Below are positions 1-9,409 of a DNA stretch of 39,050 bases, piece by piece. The number at the start of each line of letters is the position of its first letter. The stretch's first letter is position 1. The notes under the pieces were generated by a model. The model saw only the letters and a program-made list of their open reading frames with translations. It was not told the origin of the DNA and did not search any database. The stretch comes from Salisapilia sapeloensis CBS 127946 (taxonomy: Eukaryota > Protista > Oomycota), in the NCBI GenBank assembly GCA_023334545.1, contig JAADVB010000178.1, positions 1 to 39,050 of the forward strand, given 5' to 3'. The position numbers were made by a program, and so were the translations under genes.

Positions 1-2
1 AG

Positions 3-158
3 AGCAAAATTAAGATAAACCCGACATGGCCATTCAAGACCAAGGAGTACACGACACCAATGTCAAATGAAAAACTGCTTGTCTGTGAATATGTGCAGAC
101 AGCAATGTCAAGTGAAGAATCAGCTGACTATGAATTTGTGCAGACAGCATCTATCTAG
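3..158 (+). CDS. 3' end of a gene entering from the left window edge (SKIKINPTWPFKTKEYTTPMSNEKLLVCEYVQTAMSSEESADYEFVQTASI*), product unknown
   Basis: Frame is open from the edge to TAG at 156-158 and contains an in-frame internal repeat (EYVQTA / EFVQTA). An AT-rich stretch follows. No family recognised. Confidence 0.35.
   Translation, partial: SKIKINPTWPFKTKEYTTPMSNEKLLVCEYVQTAMSSEESADYEFVQTASI
86..149 (+). repeat. 19-bp near-perfect direct repeat, 45-nt period
   Basis: TGAATATGTGCAGACAGCA (86-104) versus TGAATTTGTGCAGACAGCA (131-149): 18/19 identical, with an offset that is a multiple of 3. Confidence 0.75.
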
Positions 159-1195
159 AGTAGAATTTGAAGCAGGCACTCGGTATATGACAAGTTGCCA
201 AGACTTGCAATAATAAAATACAATACCCTTTACTTATTAAATTGTTTTTTCTTAACAGGAATGCTTTAATAAAAAAGTAGACTAGCAGCCCACCAGTTGC
301 TTGTCTGACATCCGAACTCTGCGTCGTGCGAACTCGCAATCTTGACCTATAATTAAAATCGATAGACCTTATTTGTCTGTGTGCCTTTGTTGTCAATTAC
401 TGCCTACCACTCAACTACTATGGAAGTCAACGTGCACAGGGCGTTTACCAGTTCAAATCTATCCCCGTTTATCTGCCTATTAGACCGTAGCTGAAAATAC
501 TAGTTCAGCTCCATCAGAGTGATTCAAGTGATCGAGGGTTGAAGCTTTTCCTGTCCATTTTCCCGTCATTCTCCATATCTCATGACCGTAATGGAAGGAG
601 CTAAGAAATCAGGGTACTATTTCAGGGCAAATTGTCAATGTATCTATGACCCAAACCTGATAGCATGACCAAAATCAGCAAGAATAGATAAACGTTTACA
701 TGAATACACGATGTTTAGAGATATCAATTAATCCGTGAACCATGCTGGATTTACTGCTCTTTTAAACACAACTTAGCTACAAATGAAAGCTACATTCGCG
801 CTGAGTACCGATTGTGCAAAATTGGGGGTTCAGTTTTTGTAGTTCTATTCCTGATAGTCAAATCGAGCAATGCCGCGTTTGCTGAGAATAGCCGATTATG
901 GTTTGCCACTTGCGATTGGAAAGCCTACCCTAACATTTCGATATAGCTTTCCCGTCAAATTAGGAGTACACAAGCAAGTGATTGTTCTTCTTTGATGCAG
1001 TCAAGAGGAAACCATCTTCGAGAAGACTTCAAGTCGCGTCTGATGTTCGACATGTGCAAATTCGAGACAGTCGCTTCACTTGGTGAGCTCTTCGCTTTAC
1101 TTGCGCTATTGAGCCCTTCGCTATTCTTTCGGAACAAACATAGTACCGTGATGGACGGAATAAATGGACGATATTTGTGAATTACACTGTACTCG

Positions 1196-1334
1196 TTCCA
1201 CTGAAATGGCTTTTTTTCAAAGATTCACTTTTATTAAAATTTATCTTTGGAATCCATGTTGGACTCTCCTGCCTAGTCGACAGTAGGTGCTAGATCATCC
1301 GTTCGCTACATTGCTTCCTTTCCACTGAAATGGC
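1196..1334. repeat. 15-bp perfect direct repeat flanking 109 bp
   Basis: TTCCACTGAAATGGC at 1196-1210 and 1320-1334. Confidence 0.85.
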
Positions 1335-1687
1335 GAAGAGCTCAATGTTGTAAGCAAATCGAATGACACTTCAACCTGAAGGACTTCCGATGATACGCTC
1401 GATACTATTTCCAAAGACACGACAGAGGAACGGACGATACATGTGGATAGGAGCGGAAAGGTGGATAGTGGCGTAAGAGCAGGACGAACAGCCAAGACTC
1501 GGGCATTGATTCCTGTAACAATTCATCGACGTTTGCTCATGTGTTGCCTATCATTCCTAGCTTAATGCCCGCTTTTCTTTTCAATGAACACAAGCCAATA
1601 TAACTAAGCGGAATATTGCTGTATGCGGCTTACTATCTCCGCGGAAGCAAACGTCAAGACCGACATCGAGCTGTCCACTTCCGACAT
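1290..1687 (-). CDS. Possible small spliced gene divergent from the SCI1-like gene (MSEVDSSMSVLTFASAEI|ATHEQTSMNCYRNQCPSLGCSSCSYATIHL...), product unknown; 3' end unresolved
   Basis: ATG at 1687, an 18-codon exon, GTAAGC donor at 1633, and an acceptor at 1548 that opens about 58 codons. The start lies 157 bp from the SCI1 ATG, similar to other head-to-head gaps here. No homology recognised. Confidence 0.2.
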
Positions 1688-1844
1688 ATACATTTATAAT
1701 ATGAGACGATACCTTATGAGTAGAATAATTTCTACACAACCAACACTAAGCTCGGCATTCGAGACACCAGCAGTATTGGAGCAGTCCAATTACACGTGCT
1801 AGGACAAGTAGATACCTGTCAGAGCCACATAGATCATACTAGCT

Positions 1845-2817
1845 ATGGGTAAGGAAGACCGAAAGTCAGAAAAGAAACACAAGAAACATAAGAAGCAAAA
1901 GAAGAAGCACGCTCGTACGTTTAATTCCTACTCTACCACTTCTATATACTCGTCTCACTCATACACACGATAGCTCTTCCAAGTGATGCGCCTCGTCTTT
2001 CAGAAGACGATTATTTCCGTCGGTCTATTGAATTTCGTGTCTGGTTAACACTGGAAAAGTATTTATCCTCTTCTTTTTCGTCTCCTTGTCATCTCTCACG
2101 TCGACGCGTAGGAAAAAGTATTTGGAAGATCTATCGACAGATGAAGCTTCCGACCTTTTCAACGACAAATTCGTCCGTCGTTGGAACAAGGGGAAGCTCC
2201 GTCGAATGTACTATGAAGGCATCCCTGAGACTGTTGTGAATCAGACGAAGCGTACTCGTCACAATTGGGGCATCTCTTCATCGTTGAATGAACAAGAGCA
2301 GATGACTCTAGCTACCACAAAGGACTCAGTAGACGTCGCCACACGTCGTACGGACTTGCTGTCGTCTCATCCACAGACACAGGCATATCCACCGAAAACA
2401 GCAGTGGACAGCAAGTACGGTCCGAAACAAAGCTACGATAAGGAAGGGCGGAAGCGGAAGCGAGAGGACGATCAAGTCGTATTGGACGAATTAGCACCGA
2501 AGGAAACAAGTCGAGACGTTCGGTTCGAAAAACGAAAGCAGACGAACGAAAGGATGCATGCTGCTGCGAGAGACCGAGATAGTACGCAGGACGGACTGGA
2601 TCTAGGCGAAAGCTTCCTCATGGGTGACACTGGCGACGACTATCAGCGTCGACTCCAGCAACGTTCCCAAGCACGACAGAGTCGGCAGCAGGAGAAAACT
2701 TCACGAGCAATGGATGCGAAAGCCAAGGAAGATGCGCGTATGGACCAGTTCTTATCAGACATGGGTCTCTCGAATCGTTCTTCCAAGGATCCGATAACAA
2801 TTCGACCTCGAGAATAA
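1845..2817 (+). CDS. Style cell-cycle inhibitor 1 (SCI1)-like conserved nuclear protein, 3 exons
   Basis: Lys-rich start MGKEDRKSEKKHKK. Introns at 1915-1973 and about 2059-2111 join LSEDDYFRRSIEFRVWLTLEKKKYLEDLSTDEASDLFNDKFVRRWNKGKLRRMYYEGI, which matches the SCI1-family core. Confidence 0.75.
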
Positions 2818-2856
2818 AAAAGGATAAAAAGAAAAGGAAAAGAAACGAAACCCAAG

Positions 2857-4572
2857 TTACTTTACTGCCTTATACAGCGCCTGATCCAAGTCACTTCGAC
2901 CATGTTGCTCCAGCACATCCTTGAGAGGTGTGAGCCAATCGGACGTCGTCTTATGAGCTACGAACAAGTGCTGTTTGTAGTATGTTTTGACGATTTGGAC
3001 GTGCCAATGTCGAATCGCTTCATCGACTTTAAAATTTTTCTGACAGCAATCACATTCGACGTCCCCCATCAGCGTCTTCTCTTTCGATGTCAAGACCATC
3101 CATCCACCTTTCTTTGGCACGAGGGAACGTATTTTTTCTCGAAATGTATACTCTTGTCCATCGACACGAACGAGATCATTCGGATTTGAAAGTGCGATGA
3201 CGTAGACTTGACATGTCGGTACTTCTTTCTTCTTTCTCGAGCGCGAGACAGTTTCTTTCGTACGAATACGGAGATCAGAGAGGATAGAAGAGGTAGAATC
3301 AATCGTTTTCGTAGGCTTCTCAGGAGCTTGCATCTTGTCATGTGTCGAAAGTAGATCTAGGAGGAGTGGAAGTGGGTATCGTCGAGGTTCCTTTGTGTCT
3401 GGATTACGAGCGTAGAGTGTATCGATATCAGACGGGTCCGTGTAGACGTCTTTCGGAGTCGCATGGTCGACAAACGCACGTAGGCGATAGTTCGTGTTGC
3501 AACAATCGCACGTGACGTTCGTTACTTGTTTTCCCACAGCTCTGCATCGTCCGCTTTTCGATGGTTGGGAGGAACCAGGGAGAAGACAGATGACTGGCAT
3601 CTCGACGCTCGGTCCTTTCGTATGGAACGTCAGTTCTAGTGTATCTACTACTTCTCCTAGCGTCACTTGGTGACTCATTAGACGCTTGGATATACGTTCC
3701 TTTTCTTCTACTCCTTCCTTGGTCTCGATAGGAAGTTCTTGCTTTCGTTTCTGTGTTTTCAAAGGACCCTTCTTCTCTTGTTGAGCTTGGAGGATTGAAA
3801 AGAGCGTCCGCTTGCGATATCGAGCTAGTAGATCCGGTTGGACGCACGTTGGACAGGTGCATTTCTGATTTGAGCGTCCACCTTGTGTCTTCATGGCTTG
3901 TTGGACGACTGTGTAGCATGCGTTGCAGCGTAGGAGGCGAGAAGGAGCTTCAAGCGTTAGTTGCTGCATCAAATCAGAGACTTGTGCGTCCGAGTACATC
4001 GGTCTCGTGAAGCTCTGCTTCTTCTTGGTCTTTGGCGCGTCTGGTTCTGGTAGTGTGAGTTTCGGTTCAAAATGCTGCCATAGACAGTGGAAATGGTAAG
4101 CTCGACGACAGGAACGACATAAGAGGATCGGACCAATGTTACGTTCGTGCTTACAGAACTCACAGTAGCGTCCAGTAGGAAGGGAGACAGTGGCTTCATG
4201 ACTTGGTTTTACTTTTTTCACCGGTGATCGATCGACTCGATCAGACTTTTGCGGTCGTTTCGTGGCAGAACGAGAGTGAGATGGTTTGGTTTGAGCTTTC
4301 TGGACTTTTGCGAGTTGAGAGATGAGCTCCGACATTTTGTCAGGAGAGTACGTCATGTCTTCGTTGGATGGTTCTGGTTCTGGTGGAGAAGATATCGAGT
4401 TGCCTTTAACTCGAGATAGGATGCTACTAGCTTGTAGCATATCGTCCTTTAGATCATCTTCCGTCCTATCGACGGAGTAGGACGAAGCCTTCTTCCTCGA
4501 CTTGGTCATACCAAAGATCATATCGTCATCATCATCCACACGATCCACTGGCTTTAATGGTGATTTCGACAT
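2857..4572 (-). CDS. PHD-finger chromatin protein, 571 aa, with two C-terminal CDCC..H (SAND/TDBD-like) modules
   Basis: CEFC..LLCRSCRRAYHFHC..(insert)..CNAC gives a C4HC3 pattern. It has a basic/acidic disordered N-terminus and is an uninterrupted ORF. Confidence 0.8.
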   Translation of the reverse strand: MSKSPLKPVDRVDDDDDMIFGMTKSRKKASSYSVDRTEDDLKDDMLQASSILSRVKGNSISSPPEPEPSNEDMTYSPDKMSELISQLAKVQKAQTKPSHSRSATKRPQKSDRVDRSPVKKVKPSHEATVSLPTGRYCEFCKHERNIGPILLCRSCRRAYHFHCLWQHFEPKLTLPEPDAPKTKKKQSFTRPMYSDAQVSDLMQQLTLEAPSRLLRCNACYTVVQQAMKTQGGRSNQKCTCPTCVQPDLLARYRKRTLFSILQAQQEKKGPLKTQKRKQELPIETKEGVEEKERISKRLMSHQVTLGEVVDTLELTFHTKGPSVEMPVICLLPGSSQPSKSGRCRAVGKQVTNVTCDCCNTNYRLRAFVDHATPKDVYTDPSDIDTLYARNPDTKEPRRYPLPLLLDLLSTHDKMQAPEKPTKTIDSTSSILSDLRIRTKETVSRSRKKKEVPTCQVYVIALSNPNDLVRVDGQEYTFREKIRSLVPKKGGWMVLTSKEKTLMGDVECDCCQKNFKVDEAIRHWHVQIVKTYYKQHLFVAHKTTSDWLTPLKDVLEQHGRSDLDQALYKAVK

Positions 4573-4698
4573 GGAAGCTCAACTGATATTCGTCTGAAGA
4601 GATTTCTTATTCGCTTATGACTTGAGCTCGAGCTGCCTACCTCTTGTCCGTGGGCTGGAGCTGCTTGCAGGTATTCCTATCAGATAAACTTGATTGAT

Positions 4699-4707
4699 CC
4701 AATCAGA
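4699..4707. promoter_or_regulatory. CCAAT box upstream of the PHD gene
   Basis: CCAATCAGA (reverse complement TCTGATTGG, the oomycete CCAAT-type element), about 130 bp upstream of the ATG at 4572. Confidence 0.5.
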
Positions 4708-4856
4708 GAGATGTATATCAACATCTAACTGCAATCCGTCTCGTCTCAGATAACCATGTACCTCTCGACATGATCATCCTTCCGCCTACATATTCTGTAC
4801 ACTCGATAGACAAGTACTTGTTCCAATGCTTCTTTTATTCCATATACTATACCTTC

Positions 4857-7118
4857 CTACTCTTCCGTCTCAATGAGAAATGGTTTGGCCTGTCGAGCGT
4901 TCTGTACGACTTGTTCATCGTACGTTGGATTCATTTTGACTTGAATCTTATCTCCATCCTTGATAGACCCATCGAGCATACGTACAGCTAATGGATTTAA
5001 GAGATCATGATGAATCAGACGCTTTAGAGGTCTTGCACCAAAGTGTGGACTATATCCAGTATCGGCAAGCCATGTCTTGGCGTCATCCGTCACTTGCATC
5101 GTCATCTCTTTCTCTTGGAGTAAACTATCGACTTGACTTAGCTGTAGATCGACAATGGAGCGAATATCTTGTCGTTGGAGGCGATTGAAGAGAACCATTT
5201 CATCGATACGATTGAGGAACTCGGGCGCGTATTGACGTCGGACAACGTCCATGACTTGGTTCTCGGCAGTAGAGCTCGGGACACCTTCGGGGAGGTTGGC
5301 AAGGACTTCGGAGCCGAGGTTACTTGTTAAGATGATGACGGTATTCCGAAAGTCGACAACACGACCTTGAGAATCGGTGAGACGACCTTCATCTAACACT
5401 TGGAGGAGGATGTTGGAGACGTCTCGATGCGCTTTCTCGAATTCGTCGAACAGAATCACTTGGTACGGTCGACGGCGTACGGCTTCGGTGAGTGTCCCGC
5501 CTTCTTCATATCCGACGTAGCCGGGAGGAGCACCGACGAGACGACTTACGTTGAACTTTTCCATGTACTCGGAGCAGTCGATACGCGTAAGAGCGTGTGG
5601 CGTCTGGAAGAGGAACTCGGAGAGAGACTTGGTAAGCTCCGTCTTGCCGACACCAGTGGGCCCGAGGAAGAGGAAGGCGCCGAGAGGACGGTTGTGGGCG
5701 TGCAGTCCAGCTCTGGCGAGACGGATGCAGTTGCTGACAGCGGCCACAGCTTCTTCCTGGCCCTTGACTTTGTCTCGAAGGTGGTCTTCCATGTGCAGCA
5801 ATCGATCCTTTTCACCTGACATAAGTGTCGCGGCAGGGATTCCTGTGGCCTGTGCGACGACTTCTGCTACGTGATCGGCCGACACGGCGTCGCTGAGAAG
5901 ATTGCGCTCGGCGTGGTCGTCGAGTTCATCGTGCGCCACCTTTTCTTCTAGCTCTGGAATGACTGAATGCAAGAGTTCTCCCGCGCGACCGTAGTTGCCA
6001 TGGTTCTGTGCCGTCACGAGCTCCCGTCGTGCTTCCTCGAGCTTGCGCTTAGCGTCCTGCATACCTTCTAGCTGCGACTTTTCCTCCATCCATTCATCCG
6101 TCAGTCCTTTTAGCTCCGTCTCGAGCTTTTTTACTTCGTCCTGGAGATCTGCCAAACGCTTCTTGGATGCTGCATCCGTCTCCTTTTTCAAAGCTTCGAT
6201 TTCAATCCGACGAAGAACGATTTCTCGGTCCAGACGATCGATTGGTTCCGGTTTGCTCTCTTGCTGCAGTCGAAGACGAGAAGCAGCTTCGTCCATGAGA
6301 TCGATGGCTTTATCCGGCATCTTGCGTTCCGTCAAGTACCGATTGGCCAAGGTTGCAGCCGATACGAGGGCACTGTCGGCGATACGTACACCATGATGGA
6401 CTTCATACTTTTCCTTGAGACCACGCAAGATCGTGACGGTGTCCTCGACGCTCGGCTCCGGAACAAGGACGGACTGGAATCGTCGTGCTAAGGCTGCGTC
6501 GCCTTCAATATACTTTCGATATTCGTCCAATGTCGTTGCGCCCATGCAATGCAAAGATCCTCTTGCAAGTGCTGGTTTGAGCATATTGGCTGCATCGACA
6601 GATCCGTCTCCTCCACCAGCTCCAACAAGCGTATGGAGCTCATCGATAAAGAGGATCATCTCTCCATTTGTCTCTTCGACATCCTTTAACACTGCTTTCA
6701 ACCGTTCTTCAAATTCACCACGGAATTTTGCTCCTGCAACCAATGCCGCAAGGTCCAAGGACACGACATCCTTGTTCTTGATGCTATCTGGCACTTCACC
6801 CAAGACAATACGTTGTGCAAGTCCTTCAGCAATTGCCGTTTTCCCGACACCAGGTTCACCAATCAAGACGGGATTGTTCTTCGTTCGTCTGGATAGAATT
6901 TGAATCGCACGTCGGATTTCCTCTTCCCGCCCAATGACAGGATCAAGTTTCCCTTCCTTAGCAACATCCGTGAGGTTCCGGCCGTATTTTTTCAGACTTT
7001 CTCCACTAACTTCATTCTGTGGGTTAATCCAAGGCTGATTGCCTAGACCGGAAGCAAAGGAGCGTGTGAGAAGAGTTTTTCCGCGCGAAAATCGACCGAG
7101 TTGCCTAGCTGCAAGCAT
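4857..7118 (-). CDS. clpB: Mitochondrial ClpB/Hsp78-type AAA+ disaggregase (no N-domain), intronless
   Basis: Walker A motifs GEPGVGKT and GPTGVGKT; Walker B motifs LFIDELH and ILFDEFEK; coiled-coil M-domain; GARPLKR sensor. An Arg-rich presequence [13 protein letters not shown] starts at ATG 7118, 28 nt downstream of an INR. Confidence 0.97.
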   Translation of the reverse strand: MLAARQLGRFSRGKTLLTRSFASGLGNQPWINPQNEVSGESLKKYGRNLTDVAKEGKLDPVIGREEEIRRAIQILSRRTKNNPVLIGEPGVGKTAIAEGLAQRIVLGEVPDSIKNKDVVSLDLAALVAGAKFRGEFEERLKAVLKDVEETNGEMILFIDELHTLVGAGGGDGSVDAANMLKPALARGSLHCMGATTLDEYRKYIEGDAALARRFQSVLVPEPSVEDTVTILRGLKEKYEVHHGVRIADSALVSAATLANRYLTERKMPDKAIDLMDEAASRLRLQQESKPEPIDRLDREIVLRRIEIEALKKETDAASKKRLADLQDEVKKLETELKGLTDEWMEEKSQLEGMQDAKRKLEEARRELVTAQNHGNYGRAGELLHSVIPELEEKVAHDELDDHAERNLLSDAVSADHVAEVVAQATGIPAATLMSGEKDRLLHMEDHLRDKVKGQEEAVAAVSNCIRLARAGLHAHNRPLGAFLFLGPTGVGKTELTKSLSEFLFQTPHALTRIDCSEYMEKFNVSRLVGAPPGYVGYEEGGTLTEAVRRRPYQVILFDEFEKAHRDVSNILLQVLDEGRLTDSQGRVVDFRNTVIILTSNLGSEVLANLPEGVPSSTAENQVMDVVRRQYAPEFLNRIDEMVLFNRLQRQDIRSIVDLQLSQVDSLLQEKEMTMQVTDDAKTWLADTGYSPHFGARPLKRLIHHDLLNPLAVRMLDGSIKDGDKIQVKMNPTYDEQVVQNARQAKPFLIETEE

Positions 7119-7132
7119 GTGCCGTTGACGTT

Positions 7133-7149
7133 GCAAATTGAAGAATGAG
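7133..7149 (-). promoter_or_regulatory. Oomycete core promoter INR+FPR of clpB/Hsp78
   Basis: Minus strand reads CTCATTCTTCAATTTGC, matching TCATTYBNNNWTTY followed by the FPR. Confidence 0.8.
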
Positions 7150-7173
7150 GATCTTTCGTCCCAGATTGCGTCC

Positions 7174-7181
7174 TTCTAGAA
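7174..7181. promoter_or_regulatory. Two-unit heat-shock element candidate
   Basis: TTCTAGAA (nTTCnnGAAn) about 30 nt upstream of the Hsp78 INR. Only two units are present. Confidence 0.4.
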
Positions 7182-7638
7182 TGTCGTGGGTGATTCGAGA
7201 TAAAGAAAAGACAAAAGTGATGATCCCATTGTATTTTGTTTCGATTACTCGATCTGTTGTTGATGTCAACTGCAGTCTTTTCTTCACGTCATTCATTGAA
7301 TCATCAGCATATTCGCGTGATGTTTCGATCCAGTGCGGGAAAGGGTATTCCGAATGTACTTGATTCTCGTTTGCGATTGACAAGCGTTGTACGAGACTTC
7401 CATACGAAAAAAGATAATTTTCATGCTTGCATTGGGACTTGAACCATGTCAGTCAACATGGTCAGACATAGATACATTTGCTTCTTCGCGTCGAAATCGA
7501 GATACACAGGACATTGATCACCTGTCACGACGTCGAGTGCGAGTATACAAACGTCAAGTGATTTGCATACGCACTCTAGACCATCTTTTTTGTCCACCTG
7601 TCAATCAACGAATTTCCTCCTAAAGGGTACGACCGGCC

Positions 7639-8604
7639 ATGATGAACTATGGGAACGCCCCGCCTTTTGCTATGGTTGGCGACTACAGCCACACGCACAA
7701 AAAGCGATCGTCTAGAGAAGGACTCGTGCGTCGACATGGCTCCCACCTCGGTGATCGACACAGCTACACTGGCTCTGCCATCGCTAGCATGGGCTCCTTC
7801 ACGGAAGAACCGGTCGTCCCGGAAGCGGTACTCAAGTTGGAGCCGCTTACATTGCAACTGAGCTTTACGAAACAGCGTGCAGACGTCCGATACGTGCTCA
7901 CTGTCCGCCATGACGAGCATCAGACCAAGTGGCGCCAATCAAGGTCGTTCGATGAGTACCGCCGACTCCAGCAGCGTCTACTCAAGACACTTGACCCAGG
8001 ACATTTTTGTAATGCTGGCTGCCCAGTCATGTACACTTTTATTCGCAGCTACTTTCCGAAAAAGAATTTATTTACATTGCCCACGGAGCGTGTGATCCAA
8101 GCACGTAAAGAAGCTCTAGACAAATTCTTCCAGACGCTCATGAGCTTCGTGCTAAATCGAGCGAATCACAAGTGTTCCGTCGCTATGGACGCATTCGCAC
8201 CGGAGCTTGTCGATTTTGTCTACGGAGACTATGCGAACCGATGCACGGACAGCGCACCGCTGGAAGACACGGTAGCGAGTCAAATGTCCGAAGAGGAACC
8301 GGAAGAAGAACCGGAAGAGTTGTGTACGCTCTGTCAATCAAGTCTATGTGGTGAAGCCTTTGGAAACAGCAGCTTTAGCTCTGTCAGTGATGGCACGGTT
8401 GCGACGTCTGCGAGTTCCTCTTCGTCCATCCAGGACGATAAATCATATCGACGAAGTTCATCGATGCCACCCAAGCTTCGGAAGCTTCAGTCGCATTATG
8501 TCACGACGTTGGACTGTGGCCATTGCTTCCATGATGAATGCATCGTCCCCGTATTGAACGACACGCTGCGCTGCCCGACTTGTGGACACTTGGAGGTGCA
8601 ATGA
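7639..8604 (+). CDS. PX-domain + RING-H2 protein (oomycete-type family), 321 aa
   Basis: YVLTVRH..WRQSRSFDEYRRLQQRLL..GHFCNAGCP..FPKK..RKEALDKFF is PX-like. CTLC...CGHCFHDECI...CPTC is a RING-H2. Confidence 0.85.
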   Translation: MMNYGNAPPFAMVGDYSHTHKKRSSREGLVRRHGSHLGDRHSYTGSAIASMGSFTEEPVVPEAVLKLEPLTLQLSFTKQRADVRYVLTVRHDEHQTKWRQSRSFDEYRRLQQRLLKTLDPGHFCNAGCPVMYTFIRSYFPKKNLFTLPTERVIQARKEALDKFFQTLMSFVLNRANHKCSVAMDAFAPELVDFVYGDYANRCTDSAPLEDTVASQMSEEEPEEEPEELCTLCQSSLCGEAFGNSSFSSVSDGTVATSASSSSSIQDDKSYRRSSSMPPKLRKLQSHYVTTLDCGHCFHDECIVPVLNDTLRCPTCGHLEVQ

Positions 8605-8773
8605 TATTAACAAGAAGACATGTCGAAACGAATTTGGTTATGAACAATAGGCAAGAGGTATACATATTCCTAGTGTAAATAGAAGGATGTCTCGAATAAA
8701 AGACATTCTTGCCGTCAAATGTAACTATAATAAATCGGAACAATACGATTGCACTCATTGCCACAAAAGCACC

Positions 8774-9390
8774 ATGAGCTCCACGCAGCAGTCGCAGCCT
8801 ACGCAGCAGCCTTCCAACGTACTTATTGCTATCTATCCATCTACTAGTCAAATTCGTTAAACGAGTATGATAGAATGCACAGGAAGGACAGTCATCGCAG
8901 CAAATGCCGTCGTATGAAAGCCAAATGCAGCAACAGCAGCAGCAAAAGTAAACTTGTCGCTATCTTTTTAACACGACACGTTTAACAGTCGATGCAGGGA
9001 GCAGGAAGAACGACGTAGCTCCATGATGTCTCAATGCATGCTCCCAGAGGCTCGTGAACGACGTATACTCTAATCTACTCTTCTACGTTAATACACTCTC
9101 ACAATGTACTAGTGTCTCGATTGGCGATTGTCAAGCCGGAGAAGGCTCGCTCGATCGAAGACTCGATCCTGCAAATGGCGCAAAAGGGTCAGCTACGTAA
9201 TAAGATTGATGAACCTCAGATCATCGAGATGCTCAATCGAGCTGGCACGAGTGACGAGACGAAGCGCACGAAAGTCACGGTACGTTTCCTCTTGTATGAC
9301 GCTATCTTTCTACTCTGACCTCTTGTCTAGATGAAGCGACGGACGTACTTTAGTGACGAAGAAGACGATGATGATGATGATGACTTTTAA
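8774..9390 (+). CDS. PDCD5: Programmed cell death protein 5 (TFAR19 DNA-binding family), 5 exons
   Basis: Spliced product: MSSTQQ..QQQQ KEQEERRSSMMSQCMLPEARERLSRLAIVKPEKARSIEDSILQMAQKGQLRNKIDEPQIIEML..KVT|MKRRTYFSDEEDDDDDDF. Confidence 0.92.
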
Positions 9391-9409
9391 GACAATGAAT
9401 TTCATTCTC

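Noticed and set aside
5400-6903. Several plus-strand ORFs of 76-162 aa inside clpB
   Set aside because: Antisense shadows of a codon-biased gene, with Ser/Arg-rich nonsense composition.
4857-7118. Intronless, GC-rich clpB as a bacterial insertion or horizontal transfer
   Set aside because: It has a mitochondrial presequence, lacks the N-domain as Hsp78 does, and has a native INR+FPR promoter. Other long native genes here are also intronless.
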